DNA of 63,063 bases, counting the filler, from Phoronis australis (Eukaryota; Animalia; Phoronida): the NCBI GenBank assembly GCA_002633005.1. It is 6 parts of 6 records of this genome, joined end to end, with 100 filler letters (N's around TTAATTAATTAA, not from the genome) between each part and the next. Parts side by side here need not be neighbours in the genome. Positions count along the whole stretch, not along the records: positions 37,876 to 55,015 come from NMRA01001494.1; positions 55,116 to 59,176 come from NMRA01002723.1; 4 more parts are not named here. The stretch is one strand, 5' to 3'. Position numbers and translations under genes: made by a program. This document shows positions 42,438 through 55,600 of this stretch, piece after piece (position 1 is the first letter of the stretch; the number at the start of each line of letters is the position of its first letter). The notes beneath the pieces are model-generated. The model was given only the letters and a program-made list of their open reading frames with translations. It was not told the DNA's origin and searched no databases.

Positions 42438-45400
42438 TTTTTTTAATGTTTATTACGAAATCTTTAGAATACAATGAATATACATAACCCAGAAAGAGGC
42501 ATTAGATCTGGGCTAAAAATACAAAGAAGCCTATATACAAGTATTATACACCAATAAATGAATTAAAAAAAATGATGTTAAGATTACAATGATATATGAT
42601 AATTCATTTTCATACACAAGTATACAATTCTGTCGACTCACACAAAGAGATTTAATGTTATGAAGAAATTCTGATACTATTTCAAATAAAACCTTATTTT
42701 CATTAGGGATGAGTTCTTGACATCCATATAAAAAAAATTAATTTTGTGGTACAATTGCGGACTTTCAGAATATTTTTGTAGACATTGGGGTATTGTTCGA
42801 GTGTCTGAAAAAGCTGTACCCTCTGCTCCTTGCATACCTTACAAGCAAAGAAAACATGAGGATATGTCTGGGTGTCTCCACAGGAACACAGAGGCGAAAT
42901 ATTATTAAAATTATGTCTAAAGTTCTCGTTATTTAGGAATGGACCGCACCTTGATCTGTATAGGGTTATTTCATGGTTGCGAGGAAGTTGAAATGATGTC
43001 AATAGGACTGGCAAGTCTTGAGAAGTGGTATGCATTTTAAAGTTATTTTTGAGAGTGACGATTGAAGTGCTTTCTTTTATTTTGGGTGATAAGGAATTCC
43101 AGTTGTAAATACAAGTTAATACCGTTGATCTCCAGAAGGCTTGGCTGATGGAAGATGGAACAGTGTGCATATTACTTTGTCGCAGTCCTGGTCTCGTGTT
43201 TGGTCTTCTGTAGGAGTCTAAGAGAATTGTGTTAGAGTAATTGTTTATGTTGGTTAAGACTTTGAAAGTATACATGGACATGTAGAGTTTAAGACGAGTT
43301 GCTAGTTTGCTCCAGTTGAGACTATTTGGAACCTTGGTTGAATTGGACACTTTAAATGCCCCTGATATGGCTAAAGCTGCTTGGTATTGTAGTCTTTCTA
43401 ATCGAAGAAGTATGCCAGCGTTTGCCGATTGGTAGATTATATCATAGTAATCTAGATGTGGAAGTACAAAAGACTTGAACAGAGTTTCAAGATGCATGGA
43501 GTTGAGATGACGAGAGATAATTCTAATTAGATTAATTAATTTTTGTACTTTTTGAACGAGTTCGCAACAATGAGGAGTAAATGTAAGCTTATGATCGAGT
43601 AGCAAGCCAAGATGTTTGTGCGTGAACATATTGGGGATAACTTCCCCATTGAGTGATATTTCCAGCGTTGGGTTTGTTTGGAAATGAGTATTATTAGACT
43701 TAAAAAATATAAGATCAACACTTTTTTCAGGTTTATTCCATTTGTAAGACCAGTCATAGAGTTTGTTAAGGTCTGTTTGCAATTGTAAGGAGTCCATTAC
43801 CAGCAATTCGTAAACTAGGTCATCCGCCAGGTTCTCTGCGTATCATCGCTTATGGACCAGTTAGCGCTTCACCCTTCGCGTGTCTACTGGAGACGAAAGA
43901 CCAGGAAGGTTGTTCTACATTTTGTAGCCCAAAGTTCAAATATATTCCGTTAAAAAGGAAAGACAAAACATATTATTACAGATGTCTGGCCAATATCATG
44001 AGTCAACACTCGTAAGCAAATCAAAGCTTGCCTTATCTTGCACTACCTCAATCGACTAGTTTTCAGTTCGCAATGGCAACAATACAATTCTCATAAATTC
44101 AACTTGTAATGACCACTTTCAATTTTAAACCATGCCCGAAGTACTCGGAAACAAATTATTGTTAGGTACAACGAGGTTTTTTCCTCTGAAGTGGATCGTA
44201 AAAACCTCAGGTGAGTTTTCCGCACATAGCTCAGTACTTTGGTTTAGAGCTGAATTTTAGCTCCCATACCGTTATGGACCGGGCCGGGCCTGTCATGAGC
44301 CAATCTTTTTTGTACGCACTACTTAGAATTTTGTTATCAAGCTGTTATATATTGAGAAAGTGTTTATTAGTATACTGGTATGAATATTATGAGTGATTTA
44401 ATCAAAAACTTCGAATTAACTAGACCCACTAATGGTAGTCTACATGATGATAAACTGATAGGCAAAAGGCCAAAATTGGCAATTTTCGGCCACCCCATGT
44501 TAAATACAAAATTTTGTCTAATTTTCTTCAAACTTCTACATTTCAATCTTGATTATACTGACATCTGTTGAGTCTATCGGCAACTAAGCGCACATGAAAG
44601 GCTTGGTCGAAAATTATCGTTTTCTCAAATGCACTTTCGGGTTTTTAGCGGCGATTCCACTGATCGAAGCCACAAAGTAAGCCAAAACTTTGGCCATACC
44701 ATGTTAAACATAATTTTTTTCCAATTTTGCTGAAACTTGGCCACGTTTTTAACAAAATACTTATCTATGTTATGTGCTATCGGCAAATGTGATTGATTCA
44801 TAAATAAGACCCTCACGCTGTGTTTTCTGCGAATCCTATGAATCCTGAAGGGGGCTTACTGAGTGATTTTCGCGCATGCGCAGTTCACGGTTTCAATATT
44901 GCTGGTAATGCATGTGAATGTTCTTTTGAAAATGGGTGGAATATTGCAGTGTCATCAGCATATAAGAATATTATAGAGTTTAAGGTGTCTGGAACATCAT
45001 TGATGTACAGTAAAAAGAGTAAGGGGCCTAGTACGCTACCCTGTGGTATTCCAGCATGGCGTTGATGAGCGTGATAAGACACCCTCTATTCTGACTTTGT
45101 AAGTTCGACATTCCAGATATGATTTTAAAAGTGAGAAGAGAGTTCCGGAAAAACCGTAAGATTGTAATTTATGTAGAAGAAGATCATGGGGAACGACAAC
45201 AAAAGCTGACGCAATGTCTAAAAATACATATCTCACGTTGTACCCTTGCTCAAACTGGAGGTGGATGTCGTGTACAATTTCTGTAAGTTGCGACACAATG
45301 CTGTTACCAGGCACGAATCCAAATTGGCGAAGATATATGAGGTTTTGTGAAGAGAGTTGGTCAAATGATTTTTTCTAAAATTTTGGATAAGGTGTTAAGT

Positions 45401-46520
45401 AGAGTTATGGGGCGATAGTTGGCAATGTCTGTTTTGGAGTTCTTTTTGTGTATTGGTATCATAACGCCAAGCTTCCAGTTCGAAGGAAATTTTCCAGATT
45501 GTAGTATTTTGTCATATAATGTTGTCAGAGGAACTGTAAGCTCTNCAAATTGGCGACGATATATGAGGTTTTGTGAAGAGAGGTGGTCAAACATGTGCTG
45601 AGAAATGATTTTTTCTAAAATCTTGGATAAGGTGTTAAGTAGAGTTATGGGGCGATAGTTGGCAATGTCTGTTTTGGAGTTCTTTTGTGTATTGGTATCA
45701 TAACGCCAAGCTTCCAGTTCAAAGGAAATTTTCCAGATTGTAGTATTTTGTTGTATAATGTTGTCAGAGGAAGTTTAAGCTCTCTTGCTATTATCTTGAT
45801 CATTTTATTGGTTATGAGATTGGTACCGTCGTTTTTGTTTTCGTCAATGTTTTCTAGTAGTTTTCTGACTTCAGGTGGTTGGGCTTCTATGTAAGAGCGG
45901 TGTTCTAATGTTCTGTTTGGGAATTCTGGATAGTTTATTGTTGGTGCAATGTGACTCTTGGCAGTGAAGTAGTCTAGAAATAAGATACTTTTATCGGCTT
46001 TGGATGACGCCTGAGAGTTGGATTCTTTTGAGTGGATGGTGGGGTATGATGATTGCTTTATCTGTCCTCGAATTTTGTTTACTATATCCCAATATTCCTT
46101 AGAATTTTTGGAGACATTTTTGATATTGGAGATAACTAGATTCTTTTGAGTGGATGGTGGGGTATGATGATTGCTTTACCTTTCCTCGAATTTTGTTTAC
46201 TATATCCCAATATTTCTTAGAATTTTTGGAGACATTTTTGATATTTGAGATAACTTTCATCTTATAGTCTTGTTTTGTCTTTTTAATTAGTTCTTCCACA
46301 CTCTTGCACTGTTCTTTGTAGCGCTTGAACGTGCATGGGTTATTTGATCTTCTGAACGATCTCTACAGTTTATTTCTTTTATTTATTTCAGACTTAATGT
46401 TATTGTTAAACCACGGTTTGTTCTTGTTTTTTATTGTTTTCATGGTTGATGGGATATTATTAACTAATATGTTGAAGAGTGACTGTGTGAATATTGAGAC
46501 TGCGTCATTTATGTCACTAT
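42438..46520 (-). mobile_element. Decayed, 5'-truncated CR1/L2-group LINE (RT ORF2 remnants)
   Basis: Motifs [74 protein letters not shown] and C-terminal CSCG..H..C. The 3' UTR has a cccaga..tctggg stem and an AATAAA-A7 tail at 42438-42454. Frameshifted, with internal duplications (46021-46256; 45320-45780 around an N). Confidence 0.92.
43795..44910. mobile_element. Non-autonomous TIR element inserted in the LINE RT region
   Basis: Perfect 13-bp TIR CATTACCAGCAAT / ATTGCTGGTAATG splits [11 protein letters not shown] from DSLQLQTDLNKL. No clear TSD. Confidence 0.75.
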
Positions 46521-46984
46521 GACAGTGGAAAGTGAATAACTCTGCAGTAGGCGTTGCGAGGTGGTACTGTCGTCAGGAATTGTTAAAAAAATATTTTGAC
46601 AACCTTTCGCCTTCCATGCATCTTTTTAAAATTCGTCATCTTCAGAATGGTTTAAAGAAACGAAATATAATCACGTAAGAATCAGGACCGTCTTAATGAT
46701 ATCACTAGCCCCAGGTCATGAAAGTTCACATACTAGGAACCCTGTTTTACCAACCAAAGTCGGGACACATTGAATTTATCTCTGATTTCCTGAAGATATG
46801 CTTTCAGATATTCTAAAATATTGATGACAATGAGAATGTTCACATCATAGACATATTAATACTGTGATGTCTATGGTTCAAAGCCTCTGACTGCGAAACT
46901 TTGCTGATGTTCATTCACTCTTCTAACTTTCTACTACACTTCTTTCAAAACATTGAAACCAACTTTAAAAAATGTTAGACTCGT

Positions 46985-47881
46985 TAACAGACGATAACGA
47001 CTTTTGGACGGATCAGCCTACCAGTGTGCCCCCTAGTGGCAATTTTTTTTTACGTTTACCTCTGTATCTTCACAAGTCCTTAACGGATTTTCTTGAAATT
47101 TGGTATGTAGGCACCTATTAGTGCGATGACGCTATCCTCCCGTTTTCGGATGGATTCGACCTAGTTTGCGACACCCAGTGGCCATTTTTACTGTTTTTGA
47201 GTCTGTTTTTTGGCGTTCACCCCTCTATCAACCAAACCGCTCTAAGTATGATTGTGAAAATTGGCATGTATGTTCTTACTATGAAGAGGACGGTAGACGC
47301 TGAATTTCCCATGACTTTGATTACTGTGGCACCTCCTAGTGGCAGTTTTTTTGCACCCATGGCTGTATCTCCCAAACCGTTTGCAGGATCTTTACTAAAT
47401 TTAGCAAGTGTATTTATGTGATGTTGACAACGGACGATGACAACTTTAGGATGATTCTGACTACCGGTATGCCTCTAGTGGCAATTTTAGTATTTTACAT
47501 TGACCTCTGTATTTTCATAGGTCTTCAGGTGTATACTTTGTGTTACTTCGTGACTATGAAGGAAAAGTTCCAAGTAGAAATTTGTTTCTGGCATTCTAAT
47601 GCTGTGCTAATCTCGTATGTTGGTAAATTTGTTTTTAATTCTATGTTTCTGTGGTGCTTTAAGCAACTGATGTATAGGATGTGCTTGTATTATGAAGATC
47701 ACTCACATTTTGCCCCTAGCCTATTGAGGAGACAATGACCATGCCTTTCCATTTTGCAAAGTACAACATACTACATATATGCCCTCTACTGGCCACTTTA
47801 TGGTACCAATAAACAACCTTAGAAGGACACCGTATACGGTGCAATTGTGGGCGCATTTCAACGCTCTGCGTTGCTCTTGTT
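46985..47881 (+). mobile_element. HINE-like repeat family 2 (5'-truncated copy) with ~150-bp subunits
   Basis: Near-identical to 62098-62998. The 3' end has hairpin CAACGC-tct-GCGTTG then CTCTTGTT. Confidence 0.75.
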
Positions 47882-48399
47882 AAAAAACGCCGATGTCAAA
47901 GAAAATCCATCAAAGTTAAAGCTGCATTTGGGCCTAAATCAATTTTATTTTTTAACGTTAAATGGTGCAAAATGCAACTTACATACTATCGGCTTCATCA
48001 GCTGTTGGTTGCTAGGCGCCGAGACGAAAATGGGCGAGGGAAGTGTGTGTAACCCTGATCAAAGCCGACGTGAAAAAAGCAAAGGGTTAATCTCTTGCAT
48101 GCAAGTGAGATAAACCGAGGGCTGGACTACTGTACGCGAGATGTGTTGAGCTATTTACAGAAATGTCGAGCTTTGGCAGCCAGATTGCCGGGGGTTTTCA
48201 TTCACCTTCATGCTTTACTTTTGATTGAGTTTGAAGCAAATCTTGAATAACCAGCTGAAATCCCCCGTGGAAAGTACACGTGGTTAGGCTTTTGAATTTC
48301 GAAAATCTGACAAGAAATGTGATTTTTATAACTCAACACTATAAAGTAGTGCACACCCAGCATTCTACGTCATTCCAGCACTTGGAAGTTGCGGAAAGC

Positions 48400-51300
48400 C
48401 AAGTATAATGGCACAAGTTTGGAATGAATAAAGTCCAGTTTGGACAATAACTTTTGACACGGTGCAACTGACACTGCGCAAGATGATCGGCACCAAGCGG
48501 TCGTTTACACGCATAGAATTCAGAAACGGTGGCAAGGCGGACGTTGTAGGCAGGCTGGTGAAGTGCATGTGCGCAAAGCTGCAAATTGCGGGAGTCAGAG
48601 TTCAATATTGTAGTTGCTGTTGTTGTGTACGTTATTGGAGATGAGTTTTGGTGCAGTGACTTTTTTGATCAGCTGATTAGCGCTTTCGTGAGCATTATAG
48701 GCTACATAGCCAAGCTTTTGAATTAAAGAGAGTCTTGGTCCTTAACTCAGTGTGTAATTTTCTAAGAATTTCCTGTATCAGCTTAATCGGTAATGAAAGA
48801 ACTTGTGTACATTTTACAATTGCCGAATACAGAGATTGCGCAAAAATGATGACCCGCTTATGTCCGCTAATGCGCAAGCACAATAGAGATTATGCCTTTA
48901 GATCGGCAGCCCAGAGCACTTTGCACAGATGACCGAGGTACCAACATCTGACCATAGCAGCACTTATACTTATTTACAGAAATGGACGTCTGCCGTTGCC
49001 TGCACTCTGGGTATGACCCCTGGGGACCTTACAAGGTGGCCAAAATGAGCTAGATTAGATATTCGAGGTACCGGTCAAAATGATTTAAAACGGGCAATAA
49101 TACCGCAGTGAACACCGAATGAGCCATGACAGACCAATTGCACTCTGATAAGGGTCCAAGAAACCCAAGAAGGACACCCCAAAATGAGTTAGCTCATACA
49201 TTCCAAGTACCACAAAAAAACAATTCCACGTGATTCAATACATCTCACTGATCACTATAAATGCCCCTTGACAGACAAAATACACTCTGCGGGGTTGTGC
49301 CGCAAGAAACCCCCAAAAATGTCAACCAAGTGCCATTGAAAATTTGAGCAAAATTGGGCTAGACATTTGAGGTACCAATTGATTTAAAACGAACAATGGT
49401 AGTAATACCGCACTGAACACCGAATGAGCCATGACAGACAAATAGAAATGTGACAAGGGTCCGCCAGAAACCCAAAAAGGACCCCCAAAAATGAGCTAGC
49501 TCATACATTCGAGGCACCACAAAAAATTCCATGTGATTCAATACATGTCACTGGTCACCAAATGTCCTATTGCAGACAAAATACATGAAAAAATCTCAAC
49601 CACGGTATTCCATTGGAAGTTTGAGCTGCATAACATATTCGAGGTACCGGCTAAAACTGACTTAAAACCAACAATCGTGCCGCAATGAACATAGAGTGAC
49701 CCATGATAGACTAATTGTCCTCTGGAAAGGGGTTCGCCGGAAACTCAAAAACAAAACCCAAAAAGGAGCTAGCTCCTATATTCCACAATAAACAAATCCA
49801 AAGTCCATTATTACACACTCGAAAGGTATTTCTTTGCCGTTATCTTGTCATCATTCCCATGACAATTACAATAACAACAGTGTCAGAGGCCCTGATCAAT
49901 GCATTGCCATTGAGTTGGGTAAGTGCATTAAGGCAAGAAGCGTGTCGGCCTATTCATGGGAACATTGAAGATACAATGGATGGTCAGCCACCATGGAACC
50001 AGCGTATACAGTTGCCGCGATGTGATACAACAAGTGTTCTCTCCCCACGAATTGGTCCATACATGTAGGTCTTTCGGCCATTCTTGTAGAAGGAAGGTTG
50101 TCAAACTGTCCTTAAATGGCCCATTCTGCATGCTAGGAGTTTTGCAACAAGATATTTTTGGGTGTTAAAGTCATGTTACAGTATTTTACGGAAAGAAGTT
50201 ACGTCTGGCCTTAAAGTTTAGGCCCTAAAACAGGTGTATTTAAGTAAATGCAACTTTGTTCTTCTGTAGTATTTACGTAAAACTACTGTTATCTTTAGTA
50301 CTTATCTACACCCGTAAAATAAAATTTTAAAAAGTGGAAAGTTTACCTTGTAAACGAACCTAATCAAGTACTTCGAGTTGCTGACAGCATACAATACATT
50401 GTCCCTCTCTTTGCGGACTGTCCCACTTTTTATTTTATTTCGCCTTTCCGTCACACCCGCGTTTTGACGCACGGCAAAATTGACATACTACCGTATACTC
50501 TCGTAATTTCCCACGCTACATATTTTCCTGCTCGACTAAAACAAAAATAGTAAAAGGGTTCGACAGGGACTCCCAATACTTTCACTCACAGCACATCATA
50601 ACTACGTATCAAATTGACGTGATTTCCACTATTTCCTGACGGGTGATTGGAGTCCCTTTTGATTGCATTCGGTTTCGAATGAGCAGCAAACAGGACCGCG
50701 CCGCCCGCTACACTTGTTAGGGTAATTTCCTGTTACCCCCCGCCCCCCCGTCACAGCCTGGACATTTACTAACCTGTTTGAATCGTGGAATTGTTTATTG
50801 TGGTGCCTCGAGTATATTAGCTAGCTCCTTTTGCGCGCCGTTTTTGAGTTTCTGGAGGGCCCTTTTCAGAGGACAATTTGTCTGTCATGGGTCTTTCCGT
50901 GTTCATTGCTGCACGATTGTTAGCNNNNNNNNNNNNNNNNNNNNNNNNNNNNNNNNNNNNNNNNNNNNNNNNNNNNNNNNNNNNNNNNNNNNNNNNNNNN
51001 NNNNNNNNNNNNNNNNNNNNNNNNNNNNNNNNNNNNNNNNNNNNNNNNNNNNNNNNNNNNNNNNNNNNNNNNNNNNNNNNNNNNNNNNNNNNNNNNNNNN
51101 NNNNNNNNNNNNNNNNNNNNNNNNNNNNNNNNNNNNNNNNNNNNNNNNNNNNNNNNNNNNNNNNNNNNNNNNNNNNNNNNNNNNNNNNNNNNNNNNNNNN
51201 NNNNNNNNNNNNNNNNNNNNNNNNNNNNNNNNNNNNNNNNNNNNNNNNNNNNNNNNNNNNNNNNNNNNNNNNNNNNNNNNNNNNNNNNNNNNNNNNNNNN

Positions 51301-51830
51301 NNNNNNNNNNNNNNNNNNNNNNNNNNNNNNNNNNNNNNNNNNNNNNNNNNNNNNNNNNNNNNNNNNNNNNNNNNNNNNNNNNNNNNNNNNNNNNNNNNNN
51401 NNNNNNNNNNNNNNNNNNNNNNNNNNNNNNNNNNNNNNNNNNNNNNNNNNNNNNNNNNNNNNNNNNNNNNNNNNNNNNNNNNNNNNNNNNNNNNNNNNNN
51501 NNNNNNNNNNNNNNNNNNNNNNNNNNNNNNNNNNNNNNNNNNNNNNNNNNNNNNNNNNNNNNNNGCCTTGTCATGGTTTCCGAGTTGTGTGTGTGTGAGA
51601 ACGGACACTTGACACCGATCATCTTGCGCCGTGTTAAACGTTAATGTCTAAATGGAGAAAGCTCATCGGGTGCAACTTGCATTATTTCACAAGCGGGTGA
51701 CAAAAGTTGTCACAGTGTTGTCAATTTGTCAGTTCTGTTTACACAAATACTTGAGCCCGATCATCTCGTTCCGTGTCAGCTGATCCGTGGGATCTTTTGT
51801 AGTGTAAACTGGTCTTTATGGCGTTACCTG
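48400..51830. mobile_element. Decayed foldback DNA transposon (Academ-like) with long, internally repetitive TIRs
   Basis: ~300-bp tandem units at ~49060, 49363 and 49636 are inverted at 50778-50924. 48430-48530 is inverted at 51575-51820. A nuclease-like remnant lies in the centre. Confidence 0.55.
49850..50135 (-). pseudogene. Remnant of XPG/FEN1(PIN)-like domain as in Academ transposases
   Basis: Across frameshifts: QNGPFKDSLTTFLLQEW ... LQCSHE*ADTLLA ... NGNALIRASDTVVIVIVMG, comparable to the HEEADT..HA..RSxDTDV motif. Stop codon at 49950-49952. Confidence 0.6.
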
Positions 51831-52372
51831 CAGGTTACTTGCTTCAACAGCAGGGAAAGTTGTGATTTTTGGAAGAGAAGAGCAACAAAAAAACAACACA
51901 TTCAATTAAAGTATTTTTGATGACGAAGCTCCAAACAACTGTGAAACGACGTTTGAGATCAATTCGTATGATTCCGTTCAACTGTGCTTCAGCAGCCGAT
52001 TACGTCACTTTAAAATCAATGCAATAGTAGCATTGGTGGAAGAATGAAAGCTTGTCAAATTCGAGGATTGCTCTTTGTGAACAATAGCCGACAGTGTCGT
52101 AATGGCAAAATTACAAGAATGGTATTTCTTATGACAATCATAAGGCCATTCTTGTATTGAGTGACGTTGTTGCAAAATAAAATGGTGAATTCGCATTCGG
52201 GTAACTTTCTAGCATTATTCTTATTCATTCATAACAGGTGCAATTTTGAAAACTCCCACAACATTTGTCTTTTCCAGAGCACAACATATGATTTAGGGAC
52301 TATCAACGTCCATGTTAAGTAGTTTTACATTAACAGTTTTATAAACAAGAAGTTTCCACTTTATAACATTAC

Positions 52373-52602
52373 CGGATACTCTGTCTTCACTGATCACGAA
52401 ATGAGCAGCATTATTCACAAGAAAGTGTATTTTCCCGCCATTTTCGTCTGCCACCTGGTTCACTACTCGTAAGCACTGCGCTCTGTTGGAAACATCCATT
52501 TTGTAGAACTTGGCATTCTTCCATTTCTGTCGAAGATCATTTTCAAGCCAGTGACCTCTTTCTTCGTTTCTTGTCAATATCGCAACTGACGCTCCATCAT
52601 TA
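52373..52602 (-). CDS. Short-chain dehydrogenase/reductase internal exon
   Basis: DGASVAILTRNEERG..KMDVSN..CLRVVNQV..GGKIHFLVNNAA. Acceptor ttacag at 52603; donor at 52373 or 52380. Flanking exons not found. Confidence 0.75.
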
Positions 52603-55600
52603 CTGTAATTATATTGATCGGAATCTATTTTGCTGGGAAATATAGGCAACTCTGTAACAAAACGGTCACATTGTCAACTTTCTGGGAAAATCTCGGACAT
52701 CCCAGCACATAAATTCAGCAAATTTCATTTTATCTGGCTACAGATCAGCATACAAAGGCGAACGCTATTAGTCGTTTCAAAGCATGACAAAAAGGTTCGG
52801 TGAAGTCACAGAAGATGTAATTTTTAAATTTTTAAAATATCTTAAATTCCAAAACGCACCGCACGAGGTCAATGGGTACAAAGGTCGTCTAATATTGAAA
52901 TGTTATTTCTTCGATGGGTTTAAAGATTAACTCTTCGACTTCGGTGCACAAGTGTAAAACATGTCAATTAAAAGCTTGAATTTTCTAAAAGATCCAATCA
53001 AATTGTAAAGGTCAAAGGTCACTAAGTGTATTATGAGTTAGATAACGCGACTGTATTTTCTGGAACTCGCTCGTATCCTCTCTATGCATTTGTGAGGTAA
53101 GTTGACAATGCTTATTAGGTTGTCAAACCAGAAAAAAAACTGAATGTCATTATTTACTATTAGAAAATTACGACATGTAAACTCGTCGAGGAAGATTGCC
53201 ACCAATGGCCAGATGTGACGCTGTTCGTGAATTCGCCTTTAGATGAATGTTTCCATCCGCTTTCAGCGTCGACGCTGTCGGCGCGCATGGAGTTGATAAA
53301 ACAATTACCGGTATTCGGAAATAACAAGCTACATGATGTGACAGTGGGATTGCCAATCATTACAACTCAGTTTAAATGAGAGGGTCCCGCGTTTTTTTAG
53401 TGTTTCCACTATTCATGAAGAGGTGTCAAATCCTCCCGTTTTGACGAAATTCCCCCTCAGTTTTCTCAATTTGGTGATCAAGGATGTCTGGTGACCAAGT
53501 TGGCAATTTGCATCACTGGATTTCTGCCGGGGCCCTCGACTTCGTTACTGGATGTTTTTGTATCGTCTCGAAGCTATAAAAAATTCAACTGAGCCAGAGA
53601 TTGTTTTTCGGTGTTTTATTAGTGCATACCACTTTAATCAGTTCACACATACGAACTCCAAATGCTGCAATGTTGGCATACACGTCACATTAACACATTA
53701 TCTCCACCATCATCATATATCGAGCATCACAATCACTGGCACAATTCCTCTCTGTATGACCTCACTGACACTGCCAAACATTATAATACTGTTTCGTTAC
53801 TTGCATAGCGCAGCACTGAACTCATCTATTCACACGGGTATGTCATTTAAGATGTTTGATGCCCGGTTTGTTAATTACGTGCTAAAAATGCAGAAGAACC
53901 GAATGCACTGGAACATTCCACTAGTCACTGCTCGAATTCACACGGGAAGCTAAAAAAATAATGTAGTGTTATCTGAGACACTGCATATTCGTAATGTGTC
54001 TTTGTATAGTAAAGATACCCCAACTGGAGGACGCACGAGCTCACCCCTGAGCAGAATGCAGCCGACTGGTACGCAGATGTAAAATAAACATTTAAGTTCA
54101 CTTTTTATTACTTTACTAACTGTTCTATCTTTTCAACCGACTCCCTTACTCCAGATCTGAATATATGGGGGATTTACATTTCTTTCTTAACCGTCACATG
54201 ACCCCGACATCAGTACAGGCGATTAGGCATATTACATGAGCAAGGCAAAATTACAATTTCATCAAAAACACATGAACTCAGTCCTAAATGAGAGTTTCTG
54301 GCCCGTCATTTGCATTACTTTTTGAATTTTCGAAATCCATTTAACAATTCTGGAGTTACGGAGCCTCAAAAAATGGCTTTTTCAGCAAAAGAGCCATAAG
54401 AATTTTAACGCAAAATTGTTGGCATGTTTGAAGACCTGTTCCTATTTCCCACTGGTTGTTTCTCTAAAACAAGACAACGAGTACATACAGTGCATAACAT
54501 GACATAAAAGGCACACCATGAAATGTTGTATTTTGTAAGTGAGAGAATAATGCCAATTGCGAAATTCACTATCCTTTTTTTGACTTGTGTAAGAGTCCTT
54601 TGACCCCAAAATTTAAAGGATATTTCAAAATCTGAATGAATGATACCTTTGAACATCCCATAAGATATCACAGATTGCTAATGGTTAGCACTTAAGTTTC
54701 AATACTTTTTTAAAAGAAATTGCAAAACAATGAATTGATAACAAATAAATAAAGAAAATGTAAAAACGTCAATCTTGCCACAGGTAATACAATTTTGTAA
54801 TTCATTTTAACACCCATTATAGGAGAATACCACCCAATTTAATTAGTCTTTTTACAGTCTAAATCGGTCTATATCCACATCGCCTCTTATCACCCCAGCC
54901 AACCCGCGATCGAGAACGACCGGAAGGCGATCAAGAACGAAATTTGGCGCGAGAAGCGAAGCCAGAAAATGTAAGTAAATTTGATGAATTTTTGGTTGTT
55001 TTGAGCTTCAATACGNNNNNNNNNNNNNNNNNNNNNNNNNNNNNNNNNNNNNNNNNNNNTTAATTAATTAANNNNNNNNNNNNNNNNNNNNNNNNNNNNN
55101 NNNNNNNNNNNNNNNAACCACCGATTTCTCGAAAAATTTGTCAACAAATACGACAGTTACACTGGTCACTCTTTATGCGCATCTTTTTTTTGTTAATTCT
55201 TGTAGAATAATACTAACCAGTTGTGTTGCTGACAGCAGACAGGGTACTTTCTAATTGGCCTGCTCTGTGCGGACTGTCCCACTTATCGAAAATTCCGCCA
55301 TCCCACCACACCATTAAAACGCCCGCTTTTTGACACACGGCGAAATTGACATTTATCTATCACATATACCTTTGTAATTTCCCACGCGACATAGCCCTAT
55401 TTTTCCGTTCCACTAAAAAGAAAAGGACGGGACGTTTCATCGTTTTTTGCGATACCCGCAATTTCCCATTCGACAAAAAAACGCTGTCGGAACGTTTTTG
55501 TGCCGTGTGTTGCGGCGCACGTTTCACCCTTGTGCTTTGGCTTAAGCCAAGGTGTCCCGCTTTTTATCCGGAAGCATCGCTTTTCAATCCAGTTGCCCCG

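Noticed and set aside
42703-43806. 367-aa ORF as a host gene
   Set aside because: It is the C-terminal part of LINE ORF2, and its apparent start comes from the inserted TIR.
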